64,000 bases of DNA from Spirochaetales bacterium (GCA_037142615.1 JBAXAI010000003.1:64001-128000); one strand, 5' to 3'; counted from the stretch's first letter, positions 20,228 to 30,845 are shown. Translations and numbers: made by a program. The notes: generated from the sequence alone by a model not told the origin.

Positions 20228-22615
20228 ATGAACCGTGCGCCGTATGAACTCACCGATGAAGATCTCCGCTTCGAGTTTCCTTTTCCCCAAGAGCCTTGGA
20301 ACGACAAAGTCTCGAAAGACGTGATCGGCCAGCCGCGCGCCATCCGGGCCCTGACGCTCGGCACGGCCATTCAGGCACCGGGCTACAACATCTTTGTTTC
20401 GGGGCCTCCAGGAACGGGACGTCAGACCGCGGTCAAGAAGATTCTGGCGTTGTTGCCGCCATCGAAGACCCTTCGAGACCTTGCCTACGTCAACAATTTT
20501 CCCAAGCCGGACAATCCGGTGGTGCTTAGCTTGGCCCAAGGTAAAGCCCCGGTGTTCAAGCAGCGTCTGCACGAACTGGTCGAGTCGCTCAAGTTGACGA
20601 TACGCCACGAGTTAGCTAGCGAAGTCTATAAAAATCAGCGCGACCATCTGCTCAAGAAAACTGAGTTTGCCGAAACCCATCACGTTTCGGAGTTCGAGGG
20701 TCGGTTGGCCACCGAAGGCTTCAAGATGACCCCGGTCGAAGAGGAAGGCACCGATCCGGGCTCGATGGACATCATGCCGCTGTTTGAGGGCCTGCCGGTG
20801 AGCTTTGACACGCTGCAGGAAAAGGTGACGGCGGGCCAGATCCGTGAAGAAGATTGGAACCGGACCCGTGAGGCCTATTACCGCTTCATCGACGAAATGA
20901 AGACGCTGTTCGACCGCCTGCGTGAGGCCCGCACTCAGATGGAAAAAGACCTGCAGAAGTTGCAGGTGACCTCGGTGAAACGGCAAGTCCACCGGCAAAT
21001 CTCGTCGGTCTCGCGCAGTTTTGCCGACCCGGCGACCAAAGAATGGCTGGTCAGCCTCGAAAAAGACATCGAAGCCAATTTGTTTCTGTTTACCAGCGAC
21101 AAGGCGCTCGAAGACGGTCAGGGCAACCCGGCCCTCGCCCGCTACGCTGTCAATGTGCTCGTCGACCATGGCACCTCGCCCAAGTTGCCCCTGGTGTTCG
21201 AAAAGCGCTCCACTCCGGCCAACCTGTTTGGTACCGTCGAATCGAGGCCCGACCCCACAGGCGAAAACCGGTCCAACTTTCTGCAGATCAAGCCCGGGAG
21301 CATTCACCAGGCCTCGGGGGGGTATCTGGTTCTGCGGGCAGAAGATATCCTTCACCAGGAGGAATCGTGGCCCCTGCTCAAGCAGGCGTTGCAGACCCGC
21401 CAGGTCGAAATCCAGGCGGCAACGGGGCCGTTCGGCGCCACCAGCCTCCTGAAACCCCAGCCCGCCGACATCGATGTCAAAGTCATCATCATGGGCAACG
21501 AGGGCGTGTACGATTTTCTGATTCAGGAAGACCCCGAGTTCGGTCGGCTGTTCAAAATCAGCGCCGAGTTCGATTCAGTGATGGCCCTCACACCCGACAC
21601 GGTGAAAGAATACTTCCGGTTTATGGACAGTCACCTCGAGAGGCACCGGCTTCTGCCCATCGACAATTCCGGCCGACAGGAGATTCTCGAGTTTGGGGTC
21701 CGTTTGGCCGGTCACCGCCGCAAGCTGAGCACGGAGTTCAGCCGCATCGCCGACCTGCTCACCGAAAGCAACTACTGGGCCAGGCAAGAGGGAGAAACGG
21801 CCATTACCCGGCTGTCGGTCGCCAGGGCCGTGGCCGAGAGAAAGTACCTGTTCTCGCTCCCCGAAGAAAAAATGGACGAGCAGGTGCACGAGGGCCAGAT
21901 CTTGCTGAGCGTAACCGGTAGCGCGGTGGGCCAGGTGAACGGCTTGGCCATCCTCGACCGCGGCTCGACGTCGTTTGGGCGACCCATGCGCATCACCGCG
22001 GTCGCTGGTCCAGGCGAAGACGGAATCATGAACATCGAAGGCGAGGCGGGCCTTTCGGGCGAGATCCACGACAAGGGGGTGCTCATTCTTCGGGGCCTCA
22101 TCCGCGGTTGGTTCGCCCGGGACTTTCCCCTCAACCTGTCGGCCAGCGTCGGTTTTGAACAGAGCTACGGCGGCGTTGACGGCGACAGCGCCAGTTCCAC
22201 CGAAGCGTACGCACTCCTGTCGGCCATCAGCGGTGTTCCCCTGCGTCAGGACCTGGCAGTCTCGGGCTCGGTGAACCAAAAAGGCGAGATTCAGCCGGTC
22301 GGCGGCATCACCGAAAAGGTCGAGGGTTTTTACTACACCTGCAAGAAGCAGGGCATGACCGGGACCCAAGGTGTCATCGTACCCTGGTCAAATATCCAAA
22401 ATCTCGTGCTGTCGAAGGAAGTCCAAGCGGCCGTGCGAGAAAAACGGTTCCATATCTATCCTGTGAAGACAATTGATGAAGGGATGTTCTTGCTTTCGGG
22501 CCTCGAAATGGGCAAAATGAAAGAGTCCGGAAAGTACCCGGACCGGACGCTGGGGCATATCATTGTCGCCGCGTTGGAACGTATGCGCGAGCTCACTCAT
22601 CCGAAGGAGGACTGA
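20228..22615 (+). CDS. LonC/LonB-like AAA protease (peptidase S16)
   Basis: VIGQPRA, degenerate Walker A GPPGTGRQ, DGDSASS catalytic Ser, GGITEK catalytic Lys; upstream TTGACA-17-TATCCT. Confidence 0.9.
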   Translation: MNRAPYELTDEDLRFEFPFPQEPWNDKVSKDVIGQPRAIRALTLGTAIQAPGYNIFVSGPPGTGRQTAVKKILALLPPSKTLRDLAYVNNFPKPDNPVVLSLAQGKAPVFKQRLHELVESLKLTIRHELASEVYKNQRDHLLKKTEFAETHHVSEFEGRLATEGFKMTPVEEEGTDPGSMDIMPLFEGLPVSFDTLQEKVTAGQIREEDWNRTREAYYRFIDEMKTLFDRLREARTQMEKDLQKLQVTSVKRQVHRQISSVSRSFADPATKEWLVSLEKDIEANLFLFTSDKALEDGQGNPALARYAVNVLVDHGTSPKLPLVFEKRSTPANLFGTVESRPDPTGENRSNFLQIKPGSIHQASGGYLVLRAEDILHQEESWPLLKQALQTRQVEIQAATGPFGATSLLKPQPADIDVKVIIMGNEGVYDFLIQEDPEFGRLFKISAEFDSVMALTPDTVKEYFRFMDSHLERHRLLPIDNSGRQEILEFGVRLAGHRRKLSTEFSRIADLLTESNYWARQEGETAITRLSVARAVAERKYLFSLPEEKMDEQVHEGQILLSVTGSAVGQVNGLAILDRGSTSFGRPMRITAVAGPGEDGIMNIEGEAGLSGEIHDKGVLILRGLIRGWFARDFPLNLSASVGFEQSYGGVDGDSASSTEAYALLSAISGVPLRQDLAVSGSVNQKGEIQPVGGITEKVEGFYYTCKKQGMTGTQGVIVPWSNIQNLVLSKEVQAAVREKRFHIYPVKTIDEGMFLLSGLEMGKMKESGKYPDRTLGHIIVAALERMRELTHPKED

Positions 22616-22618
22616 GGG

Positions 22619-24100
22619 ATGAACATCGATCGGACCAAAGTTCTCCATGCAGCCCGAAATGGCATCCCACTGGTCATCAAGACCCACGCTCTTCCTCCAC
22701 AAACTGAGGCCGATCTCGAAGAGATCTTGCTGATCTACCTGGAAGAACTCGGGCAGGCCGCCGTGAAGGACCATTTGGCCTACTGCCTGAAAGAGCTGAC
22801 GGTGAACGCCAAGAAGGCAAACACCAAACGGGTCTACTTCAAAGAAAAAGGCCTCAACCTCGACGCGCCCGCCGACTACGAAAAGGGCATGAAGTCCTTC
22901 AAGGGCGACACGCTGGGCAACATCAACCACTACCTGGAATTGCAGGAACAACAGGACCTGTACATCAAGGTCACCTACCTGATCCGAAACAACGTGCTGC
23001 ACTTCAGTGTGCGCAACAACGTGCCCATCAAGCCCAAGGAACTCACCCGGGTGTACGACCGTGTAGCCCGGTCGCGCGCCTTTGAAAGCATGGAAGAGGC
23101 CTTTTCGGAGGTTCTCGACGACACCGAGGGTGCCGGTCTGGGCATCGTCATCATGATCCTCATGCTCCGCAAGATGGGCCTGACGGAAAAGTCGTTCGAC
23201 CTCAACTCGCAGAACAACGAAACCGTCGCTTCGCTGGCGATTCCGATGAACAAGGTGAAGCTCGAGCATGTCACCATGGTAGCCGAGGAAATCGTCGGCG
23301 AGATCGAATCGTTGCCACCCTTCCCCGACAACCTGCAACGCCTGCAACGCCTCCTTGGCGATCCCGACGTCAAGTTCGAACAGCTGGCCATTCAGCTTTC
23401 GAACGACCCGGCGATGACGTCAGACCTGCTGAGGTACGTCAACTCTGCCAAGTACGGCATGCGCAAAAAGATCGAAACCATCCAGGACGCGATCAAGATT
23501 GTGGGCATCCGCGGCATCAAGGATCTCGTGTACCCGTACGGCGCGCACAAACTGCTCGACAAATACATGGCCAAGCAGAAGTTCCTGTGGCAAAACGCCG
23601 CCAAGGTGTCGGCCTACGCGTCCGATCTCGCGCGACTTCACAAGCTCGACAAAGACGACCAGAGCCAGGCCCAGATCGGCGGCATCCTGTACAACCTCGG
23701 TCAGATCATCCTGAGCTTCATCCACCCCGAGCAGAGCAAAAACATCATGGACTTCTGCCGGTCCAAGAGCTTCAGCATCGAAATGTTCGACGACCTGACC
23801 AACGCCATCAACCCGACCGAGATCGGTTACCGCATCGCCGAAAAGTGGGATTTCCCCGAAGAACTGGTGCAGATTATTCGCTACCAGAACCAACCCCAGG
23901 CAGCCGAACCGGGGCTTCAAGCTATCATCTGCGTTATTCATTTGGCAGGCAGCCTCCTGTCGGTCGAACAGGATCTGATGACCTACCCCCAGATCAACGC
24001 GGGCGTCATCCGCGCGCTGGGCCTGACCAACCTCGACAAGCTCCAGGCCGAGCACCAGCAGGTGAAAGCCAACTACGAGAAGAACATCTCGGGCGTGTAG
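22619..24100 (+). CDS. HATPase-like + HDOD domain signalling protein
   Basis: LKELTVNAKKAN...GAGLG N-terminal domain; LPPFP, DPAMTSDLLRYVNSA, AEKWDFP HDOD motifs. Confidence 0.85.
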   Translation: MNIDRTKVLHAARNGIPLVIKTHALPPQTEADLEEILLIYLEELGQAAVKDHLAYCLKELTVNAKKANTKRVYFKEKGLNLDAPADYEKGMKSFKGDTLGNINHYLELQEQQDLYIKVTYLIRNNVLHFSVRNNVPIKPKELTRVYDRVARSRAFESMEEAFSEVLDDTEGAGLGIVIMILMLRKMGLTEKSFDLNSQNNETVASLAIPMNKVKLEHVTMVAEEIVGEIESLPPFPDNLQRLQRLLGDPDVKFEQLAIQLSNDPAMTSDLLRYVNSAKYGMRKKIETIQDAIKIVGIRGIKDLVYPYGAHKLLDKYMAKQKFLWQNAAKVSAYASDLARLHKLDKDDQSQAQIGGILYNLGQIILSFIHPEQSKNIMDFCRSKSFSIEMFDDLTNAINPTEIGYRIAEKWDFPEELVQIIRYQNQPQAAEPGLQAIICVIHLAGSLLSVEQDLMTYPQINAGVIRALGLTNLDKLQAEHQQVKANYEKNISGV

Positions 24101-24101
24101 C

Positions 24102-24797
24102 TTGCGAATCGACGGTCCGCCTCGCAATGCGACGCCTGTCGCGTGCCCCTACCTCGAAGACCGACAGTTCGTGCAGGAGTATTTTTTCGGCGACCAGGTG
24201 AACGGGCCGGAGTTCGGTTCACTGCTCGACGGTGGCTGGAGGCATTTTGGCGCCTTCTTCTTTCGGCCCCATTGCGGCGATTGCCGGGCGTGCGAGCCCC
24301 TGCGCATCGATGTGGCGGCTCTGAGCCCGAGCGCCAGCCAGACCCGCATCGTTCGCAAAAACGCCGATGTGGAGTTTTCCGTCGTCCCCCTCGAATACAA
24401 GCCGGAGTATTACGAAGTCTACGAGGAGCACAGCCGGTTGCGGTTCGGCAAAGACAGCGACGAGGAAGACTTTCAACACACGTTCTTCACCCCGGCGGTG
24501 CCATCGTTTGTCACCGAGTACCGGGTGGGGGGCGAGCTCGCCGCGCTGGGCTTCTGTGATCAGTCGAGCGAGGGCATCAGCTCGGTGTATTTCGTTTTCC
24601 GCGAAAAGTTTGCCTCGCGGAGTCTGGGCATCTACAGCGTGCTGCGAGAATGCGAACTCGCCCGCGAAAGGGATCTGAAGTGGTACTACCTGGGCTACTA
24701 CGTGCGCGGCAATGCCACGATGGCCTACAAAGGCAAGTTCCTGCCGCGTCAGATTCTGGACTGGTCGACCGGGGAATGGAGACAGACCGCAGACTGA
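24102..24797 (+). CDS. Arginyl-tRNA-protein transferase family (Ate/Bpt) aminoacyl transferase
   Basis: CPYL, GWRHFG, RPHCGDCRAC, SLGIYS, YYLGYYV, MAYK. Confidence 0.9.
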   Translation: MRIDGPPRNATPVACPYLEDRQFVQEYFFGDQVNGPEFGSLLDGGWRHFGAFFFRPHCGDCRACEPLRIDVAALSPSASQTRIVRKNADVEFSVVPLEYKPEYYEVYEEHSRLRFGKDSDEEDFQHTFFTPAVPSFVTEYRVGGELAALGFCDQSSEGISSVYFVFREKFASRSLGIYSVLRECELARERDLKWYYLGYYVRGNATMAYKGKFLPRQILDWSTGEWRQTAD

Positions 24798-25609
24798 TCC
24801 CAAAGCTGCCGGGCCAATTCGGGCGTCGTCCGAGAAGGCTTCTTGAGCTGGTTGCGGTACCAGTAGCCCCCGCTGGGTAGCTCGTGTTCGGTCTCTGCCA
24901 AGTATACGGCCGTCTGGGCACCCTTGGCCGGTGTCACTCCGAAGGCAACCGCCAGCAAGAAGGCGTTGTGATACAGGGCGTCGGCACCAGACCCGAAGTT
25001 CGTCTTGACGTAGCCAGGGTGGAAGGCGTGGGCGGTCACTTTTGATTCCGGATGCCGCCGGGACCATTCCTGCACAAAAAGGATGTTGGCGAGTTTCGAC
25101 TGGCCGTACATGCCCACCGTCGGGTAGCCCTTGCCCGCAGGAGAATCGAGCCAGTTCGTGATGCCCCGGGGCGCAGCTGAGTGGATCGACGAACTGGTGC
25201 AGAGCACCCGACCGCGGGGTGCCGCTTCGAGAGCGGGCAACAGCAGATGGGCCAACTGAAAGCCCGCCAGATGGTTCACGGCCATTTGCCATTCGGCGCC
25301 GTCGATCAGCGTTCGCTTGGAGGTCTGTCCCCCTGCATTGTTCCACAGCACGTCGAGTCGCGGGGCCAAAGCCAGTACGGTGCTGGCCAGCGACGTGACA
25401 GCAGCGCGTGACGACAAATCCGCCGCCACCGCTTCGAACGAGCCGCTGGGGACTTCCGCCTGAAGCCGGGCAACAGCCAAGCCGGCCTTGTCGGGAGAGC
25501 GGCCGTGCACCAGCACGCGCCAGCCCCGCCTTCCGAGTTCCAGCGCCCCCGCAAAGCCAATGCCCGAGGTTGCGCCTGTGATCAAAATCGTTCGTCCGTC
25601 AGTTGCCAT
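24749..25609 (-). CDS. Short-chain dehydrogenase/reductase (retinol-DH-like)
   Basis: TGATSGIG, NNAG, YGQSK, HPGYV. Confidence 0.9.
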   Translation of the reverse strand: MATDGRTILITGATSGIGFAGALELGRRGWRVLVHGRSPDKAGLAVARLQAEVPSGSFEAVAADLSSRAAVTSLASTVLALAPRLDVLWNNAGGQTSKRTLIDGAEWQMAVNHLAGFQLAHLLLPALEAAPRGRVLCTSSSIHSAAPRGITNWLDSPAGKGYPTVGMYGQSKLANILFVQEWSRRHPESKVTAHAFHPGYVKTNFGSGADALYHNAFLLAVAFGVTPAKGAQTAVYLAETEHELPSGGYWYRNQLKKPSRTTPELARQLWDQSAVCLHSPVDQSRI

Positions 25610-25688
25610 GCGTCCCAAGATAGGCACCACGTCCGCGATCGGCAACCCGCGACAAACAACCGGCGATCGTCTAAGCTGGGCGCACGCC

Positions 25689-26117
25689 ATGCAAGTCCTT
25701 GCCATCGCCACCGGAGCCTTCGTTGCTTTCATGCTCGTTGCCAACTCGGCACTGCAGCAACTCTTGGGACCAGCACCCGCCCTGGTGGCCGTTCACCTGA
25801 TCGGCCTCGTGGTCGTCATCCCGCTGGCGCTGTTGGTTCGATGGCCCGCGAGGAACCCAGGAAAGGTCACCTGGCCGCTCGTTCTGGGCGGACTGGTGGG
25901 TGTGGTACTGGTTTCCATCAACAATCACACCTTCCCGGTGCTCGGAGCCGGCCTCACCGTGGCGCTCGGAGTCGTCGGCCAGCTGACCGCCTCGGCGGCA
26001 GTCGACCACTTTGGTTTATTCGGCCTACCCCGCCGAGCCGTCGGGTTGGCCCAAGTGGCGGGTTTGCTGGTCGCCAGCGCCGGAGTCTTCCTGATGACCT
26101 GGGGGGCAACCCTGTGA
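25689..26117 (+). CDS. DMT family (YdcZ-like) membrane protein
   Basis: GGLVG, GQL..S..VDHFGLFG. Confidence 0.8.
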   Translation: MQVLAIATGAFVAFMLVANSALQQLLGPAPALVAVHLIGLVVVIPLALLVRWPARNPGKVTWPLVLGGLVGVVLVSINNHTFPVLGAGLTVALGVVGQLTASAAVDHFGLFGLPRRAVGLAQVAGLLVASAGVFLMTWGATL

Positions 26118-26533
26118 TCGACTACGTGCTAGCCACCTTGGCGGGGGGCTTGGTCGTACTTTCGATGACCCTCAACTCGGCGCTGGGTGAGCGAATCGGA
26201 GTTCTGCGCGCCGCCGCCGTGAACTACATCGTGGGTCTGGTGGGAGCGCTGAGCCTGTTGCTGGTGCTCGGTGGCGGCGACTTTGACAAGCTGGCCACTG
26301 TCCCTTGGTGGGCCTGGACAGGCGGAGTGCTGGGCGTCGCCGTCGTTGCTGGTTCCAACCTCGTGTTCCCCCTCATCCCGGTAGTGCTCGCGGTTGTGCT
26401 GGTCACACTGGGCCAGCTCGCCACCGGCCTCGCCCTCGACGTCGCCCGCACCGGAAGCGCGAAGCCGCTACCCCTCGTCGGTGCCACACTCGTTCTCGTT
26501 GGACTCTTCATAAGCCAACGAAGAAAACCCTAA
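26114..26533 (+). CDS. DMT family (YdcZ-like) membrane protein
   Basis: LNSALG, PWWAWTGGVLG, GQL; GTGA overlap with partner. Confidence 0.8.
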   Translation: MIDYVLATLAGGLVVLSMTLNSALGERIGVLRAAAVNYIVGLVGALSLLLVLGGGDFDKLATVPWWAWTGGVLGVAVVAGSNLVFPLIPVVLAVVLVTLGQLATGLALDVARTGSAKPLPLVGATLVLVGLFISQRRKP

Positions 26534-26724
26534 CAACAAGCGAAGCGAAGTTGCGTGGCTATCCACCAGTTGACCCTTCTCAACAAGCGAAGCGAAGTTG
26601 CGCACCAACCGCAACAAGCGAAGCGAAGTTGAGTGTTTACCCAGCGGTTACCCTCCTCAACAAGCGAAGCGAAGTTGCGTGGCTATCCACCGGTTGACCC
26701 TTCTCAACAAGCGAAGCGAAGTTG
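26534..26724. repeat. Five exact copies of 20-nt CAACAAGCGAAGCGAAGTTG (REP/BIME-like array)
   Basis: Copies at 26534, 26581, 26612, 26658, 26705; linkers of 27, 11, 26, 27 nt. Confidence 0.9.
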
Positions 26725-26780
26725 CCCCCAACCCCCACAAATTGCCCACCGGCCGACCGAAGCCGCGACGTCGACGCGGA

Positions 26781-26877
26781 TCGTCGTTTTGGCTAAGTCG
26801 AGGGAGGATGAGGACCGGAGCCGTACTGGAAAGTACGGTGAGGACCGGAACCGACCGAGACGACGCCAAAACGGCGA
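26781..26877. repeat. ~97-nt palindromic intergenic element
   Basis: Terminal IR TCGTCGTTTTGGC/GCCAAAACGGCGA; central hairpin CCGTACT-GGAA-AGTACGG flanked by TGAGGACCGGA direct repeats. Confidence 0.7.
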
Positions 26878-26881
26878 GACG

Positions 26882-27964
26882 CTAGACGTCCAACATCCAG
26901 GAGTGGGTGTCGGGGAGGTGGCCATACTGTATCCCTTTGAGCGTCTTCTGCAGTTCCAGGGTCACCTCGCCGATCTTGCCCCCGCTGAAGAGGGCCGTCT
27001 TGTTTTTGTGGGTTACGGACTCGAGGTACGACACGCCGGCGGCCGTACCCGTCACGAAAGCTTCGCGACCTTTTTCGAGCACTTCTCTAATGGGGAGTCG
27101 GCGTTGTTCCACTTTCAAGCCGAGATCGCCGGCCAAAGTGATAATGCTGTCGCGCGTGATTCCGGGCAGGATGGTATCGCCCAGAGCGGGAGTGACGAGC
27201 GTTCCATTCTTCATGACAACAAAGAAGTTGCAGCTCGACCCTTCTTCGACGTACTTCTGCTCCATCGCGTCGAGGAAGATGGCTTCCATGTAGCCTGCGG
27301 CTTCTGCTGTCTTCTTGGCCAGCGTCGGGATGACGTAGTTGGCGTCGCATTTGATCCAGCCGGTGCCTTGGCGCGTCGCCCGGACGGCCTCGGTGGTGAC
27401 GGCTGCGCTCGAGCCTTCCTTGAAGTAACTGCTCACGGGCGTGGAGATAATGACGACCCACGGCGTCGTGGAAAGCCCCAGGCCGATGGCTGGCTCGGAG
27501 TACGTGAACGGTCGCAGGTAGATGGCCGACGCATTCAGGAAGTTGTCCTTTATCCACTCGTCGTCGTAGTCGGGGCGAAAACCGAGAGCCGCGTTGCGGG
27601 CCACGATTCCTTGGGCAGCCTTCACGAATTGGCCCGCCGGGAAGCCAGGCATCTTGAGACCTTCCATCGACATCTTCATTCGGGCTGCATTCCGGTCGGG
27701 ACGGAACAGCTTGAGTGTGCCGTTCGGCTGAGGAAAAGCCTTGAGGCCTTCAAAACAACCCATGCCGTACTGCGTGGTATAGTTGACCAAGGGGAGTTCG
27801 GGAAACGAGTTTCGCTGGGCCAGGAGCCTCTGGAGGTCGGCAGCCGAGAGTGCGGCTTCCTCGGCGGGCGTCTTGTGGGGCTTTTCGTCGTAGGACTCGG
27901 TCCAACCGCTGCCGTCGAACTGCGCCTTGAACACCCAAGGGTAAATGCTCAGCGAAAATGCCAT
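26882..27964 (-). CDS. ilvE: Branched-chain amino acid aminotransferase
   Basis: YGMGCFEGLKA, LFRPD, YLRP, KCDANY, ILPGITR, TGTAA. Confidence 0.92.
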   Translation of the reverse strand: MAFSLSIYPWVFKAQFDGSGWTESYDEKPHKTPAEEAALSAADLQRLLAQRNSFPELPLVNYTTQYGMGCFEGLKAFPQPNGTLKLFRPDRNAARMKMSMEGLKMPGFPAGQFVKAAQGIVARNAALGFRPDYDDEWIKDNFLNASAIYLRPFTYSEPAIGLGLSTTPWVVIISTPVSSYFKEGSSAAVTTEAVRATRQGTGWIKCDANYVIPTLAKKTAEAAGYMEAIFLDAMEQKYVEEGSSCNFFVVMKNGTLVTPALGDTILPGITRDSIITLAGDLGLKVEQRRLPIREVLEKGREAFVTGTAAGVSYLESVTHKNKTALFSGGKIGEVTLELQKTLKGIQYGHLPDTHSWMLDV

Positions 27965-28074
27965 GTCGCACCTCTCATAGGCGATTATTCTAGCTTCCCA
28001 AGTACCCGAAGTAAAGCACTTTGTCTGCTCGGCTCCCTTTGCTTCGCCCCCCCGTTTGTCCTATATTAATTGCC

Positions 28075-29031
28075 ATGAGTACTACGCATCCTGTCATCAT
28101 CATCGGTTCCGGCCCCGCAGGGCACACCGCCGCCATTTATTCCGCTCGGGCCAACCTGACCCCGCTCCTTTTTGAGGGCTTCATGGCGGGTGGCGTCGCC
28201 GCCGGTGGGCAGTTGACGACAACCACCGAAATCGAAAACTTCCCCGGGTTTCCCGAGGGCCTGGGAGGTCCGGAGTTGATGGAACGCATGCGTGCCCAGG
28301 CCCTGCATTGCGGCGCCCGCATCGAGACCGAAACCGTGAGCGCCGTCGATCTTTCCAAGCGGCCGTTCCGGGTCACCGCCGACAGCGGCGACTATCTGGC
28401 CCACACGCTGATCATCGCCACGGGAGCCACCGCCAAGCGCATGGCAATTCCGGGCGAGGACAAGTTCTGGCAGCGGGGAATCTCGGCCTGCGCGGTGTGT
28501 GACGGGGCGCTCCCCGCGTTTCGCGACAAGCCGCTGGTTGTTATTGGCGGTGGCGATACCGCGTGCGAGGAGGCCACCTACCTCACCAAGTTTGGCTCGA
28601 TGGTTCACCTGCTGGTGCGGCGCGACGTTTTGCGGGCCAGCAAAGCCATGCAGGCCCGTATTTTGGGCAATCCCAAGATCACAGTCCATTGGAACACCGA
28701 GGCTCTGGAAGCCACAGGAGCGGGCAAGGCCCTCGAGGGCGTGCGGGTCAAGAACAACAAGACCGGCGTCGAGGCCCTCCTGTCGGTCAGCGGCCTGTTT
28801 TATGCCATCGGCCACGAACCCAACACGACCTTCCTCGGCGGGCAGTTGCAGCTCGACAGTACCGGCTATATTGTCACCACCCCGGGCACCACGCAGACCT
28901 CAGTCAAGGGTGTGTTTGCCGTCGGTGATGTGCAAGACAAAGTGTGGCGACAAGCCATTACCGCCGCAGGCTCGGGCTGCATGGGTGCGCTTGAGGCAGA
29001 ACGATTACTGAGTGAAGAAGAGGGAGTTTGA
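28075..29031 (+). CDS. trxB: Thioredoxin reductase
   Basis: [34 protein letters not shown]. Confidence 0.96.
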   Translation: MSTTHPVIIIGSGPAGHTAAIYSARANLTPLLFEGFMAGGVAAGGQLTTTTEIENFPGFPEGLGGPELMERMRAQALHCGARIETETVSAVDLSKRPFRVTADSGDYLAHTLIIATGATAKRMAIPGEDKFWQRGISACAVCDGALPAFRDKPLVVIGGGDTACEEATYLTKFGSMVHLLVRRDVLRASKAMQARILGNPKITVHWNTEALEATGAGKALEGVRVKNNKTGVEALLSVSGLFYAIGHEPNTTFLGGQLQLDSTGYIVTTPGTTQTSVKGVFAVGDVQDKVWRQAITAAGSGCMGALEAERLLSEEEGV

Positions 29032-29032
29032 A

Positions 29033-30832
29033 ATGAACAGAACCATGTCGGTTGCCACAAAACTGGGACTTTCTTTTGCAGTCCTGGCTGCACTTCTGGT
29101 GGGCGTTTCGCTTGTCGGAGTTCTCGGGATGCAAGGGATGTCCGCCACGGAGAAGGTCCTGGTCGCCGACTCGCTCGAAGGGTCAATCCGTTTGTCCCTC
29201 GCGGAGAAGTCTTTGGTGGCGTACTCTCGCCTTGTTTTTGAACACATCGGGCAGTCGGACGACAAGTTGGCTGCGTCCCTCGAAGTCGAGCTCAAGAAAG
29301 AGCAGGGTCTGATCGAGCTGATGATCGCGGAGTTCCTCAAGAACAACGCCGATGCCACGCAGAATGCCAAGATCACCACAGTCCAGACGGAGCTCAAGGC
29401 CTACTTCGCCAAGACGGAACCCATCTTGGTGCTGTCTCGTGCCAACAAGAACGACGAGGCGATGAAGCTTGTCTACGCGACGATCGACCCCGTGTACGAC
29501 GAACTGGTCGGCGATTTCGAGGGTCAGTTGACCAGCCAGCGCGAGGAAGCGGCCGCCATGCGAGCCTCGAGTGAACAATCTGCGGTCGTCAGTGAGTTGG
29601 CGCTGGCCGGAGTGTCGGTCGTTGCGGTCGTCGTGGCTCTCCTCTTGGCGCTGGTTCTTATCCGCACGATTCGGGCCCCGCTGAAGCTCTCACTTCAAAT
29701 CGCTACCGCGATCAGCCAGGGCAACCTCACCGGGCAGTTCGACACCAAGCTACTGGCTTCGAAAGACGAGTTTGGCCAGCTTCTCGCCGCGCTCAAAGCC
29801 ATGCAGGATGATCTGGCGGAAAACCTGCGCCGCATCGATGCCAGTTCTGACAATCTCAGCGAGGTTGGCAGGGAGCTTGGTCAAACCCTTGAGAACGCTT
29901 CCGAATCGGTAGAGGCCATCGGCACCAGCGTGCGCGAGGTCAACGACAAGGTTGTGGGGCAAAGCGCCAGCGTGACCGAAACCAGCGCAACCATCCAGCA
30001 GATTGTGAAAAGCATCGAAGGGCTGGAGCGCGACATCAACGAGCAGGCTGCGGCGGTCACCCAGTCTTCGGCGTCGATCGAGCAGATGCTCTCAAACATC
30101 CAGTCGGTCACCAGGAACATCGAGCAGATGGGTGGCGAGTTTGTAAAGCTAACGGCCGCCAGTGACGACGGCAAAGCCCGTTTGGTGGTCGTCAGCCAGA
30201 AGATCAAGTCCGTCTCGACTCAGAGCCAGAAACTACTGGCCGCCAACAATACGATCAAAAGCATCGCCGCGCAGACCAACTTGTTGGCGATGAACGCCGC
30301 CATCGAGGCCGCCCACGCGGGCGACGCCGGCCGGGGGTTTGCGGTGGTCGCCGATGAAATCCGCAAGCTGGCCGAACAATCGAGCAAGCAGTCCGGCGAT
30401 ATCAGCCGCGATGTGGGAAGCATCCTCAAAGAAATCCTTCTGGTGGTGGAAGCCTCGACGTCGGCCGAAAATTCCTTCGGCCAGATTTTGGCCAACATCG
30501 AAGTGTTGGTGCGCTACGAGCACGAGATCACCAACGCCATGCAGGAACAGAACGCGGGTTCGAAGCAGATTCTCGAAGCCTTGGGCCAGATCAACACCAT
30601 CACGACCCACGTGAAAGACAGCTCCTACGAGATTTCCGAAGGCAGCCGCAACATCAGCGGCGAAATGCATAATCTGGCCGGCGTGAGCGAGGAGCTTGCG
30701 GGGAGCATGCATCAGATCGAAGACGGTACGGCACGAATCCAAGCGGCAACCGAGACCTTGGAGGCAGCGGAACGGAAAAATGCGGCCCAAATCGCAGTTC
30801 TGGCCGAAATCGTCTCAAAGTTTCAGCTGTAA
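29033..30832 (+). CDS. Methyl-accepting chemotaxis protein (4HB sensor, HAMP, signalling domain)
   Basis: [35 protein letters not shown]; [12 protein letters not shown]. Confidence 0.95.
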   Translation: MNRTMSVATKLGLSFAVLAALLVGVSLVGVLGMQGMSATEKVLVADSLEGSIRLSLAEKSLVAYSRLVFEHIGQSDDKLAASLEVELKKEQGLIELMIAEFLKNNADATQNAKITTVQTELKAYFAKTEPILVLSRANKNDEAMKLVYATIDPVYDELVGDFEGQLTSQREEAAAMRASSEQSAVVSELALAGVSVVAVVVALLLALVLIRTIRAPLKLSLQIATAISQGNLTGQFDTKLLASKDEFGQLLAALKAMQDDLAENLRRIDASSDNLSEVGRELGQTLENASESVEAIGTSVREVNDKVVGQSASVTETSATIQQIVKSIEGLERDINEQAAAVTQSSASIEQMLSNIQSVTRNIEQMGGEFVKLTAASDDGKARLVVVSQKIKSVSTQSQKLLAANNTIKSIAAQTNLLAMNAAIEAAHAGDAGRGFAVVADEIRKLAEQSSKQSGDISRDVGSILKEILLVVEASTSAENSFGQILANIEVLVRYEHEITNAMQEQNAGSKQILEALGQINTITTHVKDSSYEISEGSRNISGEMHNLAGVSEELAGSMHQIEDGTARIQAATETLEAAERKNAAQIAVLAEIVSKFQL

Positions 30833-30845
30833 CGTAGTTCCAGCT

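Noticed and set aside
19844-20608. Long N-terminal extensions of the Lon-like and Nif3 ORFs overlapping each other
   Set aside because: Artefact of earliest-start calling; promoters and homology support starts at 20158 (-) and 20228 (+).
26534-26724. CRISPR array
   Set aside because: The repeat is only 20 nt, linkers are 11-27 nt and similar to each other, and there are no cas genes or leader in the window.
26633-28069. 478-aa plus-strand ORF starting in the repeat array
   Set aside because: It is translated repeat sequence plus the antisense of ilvE.
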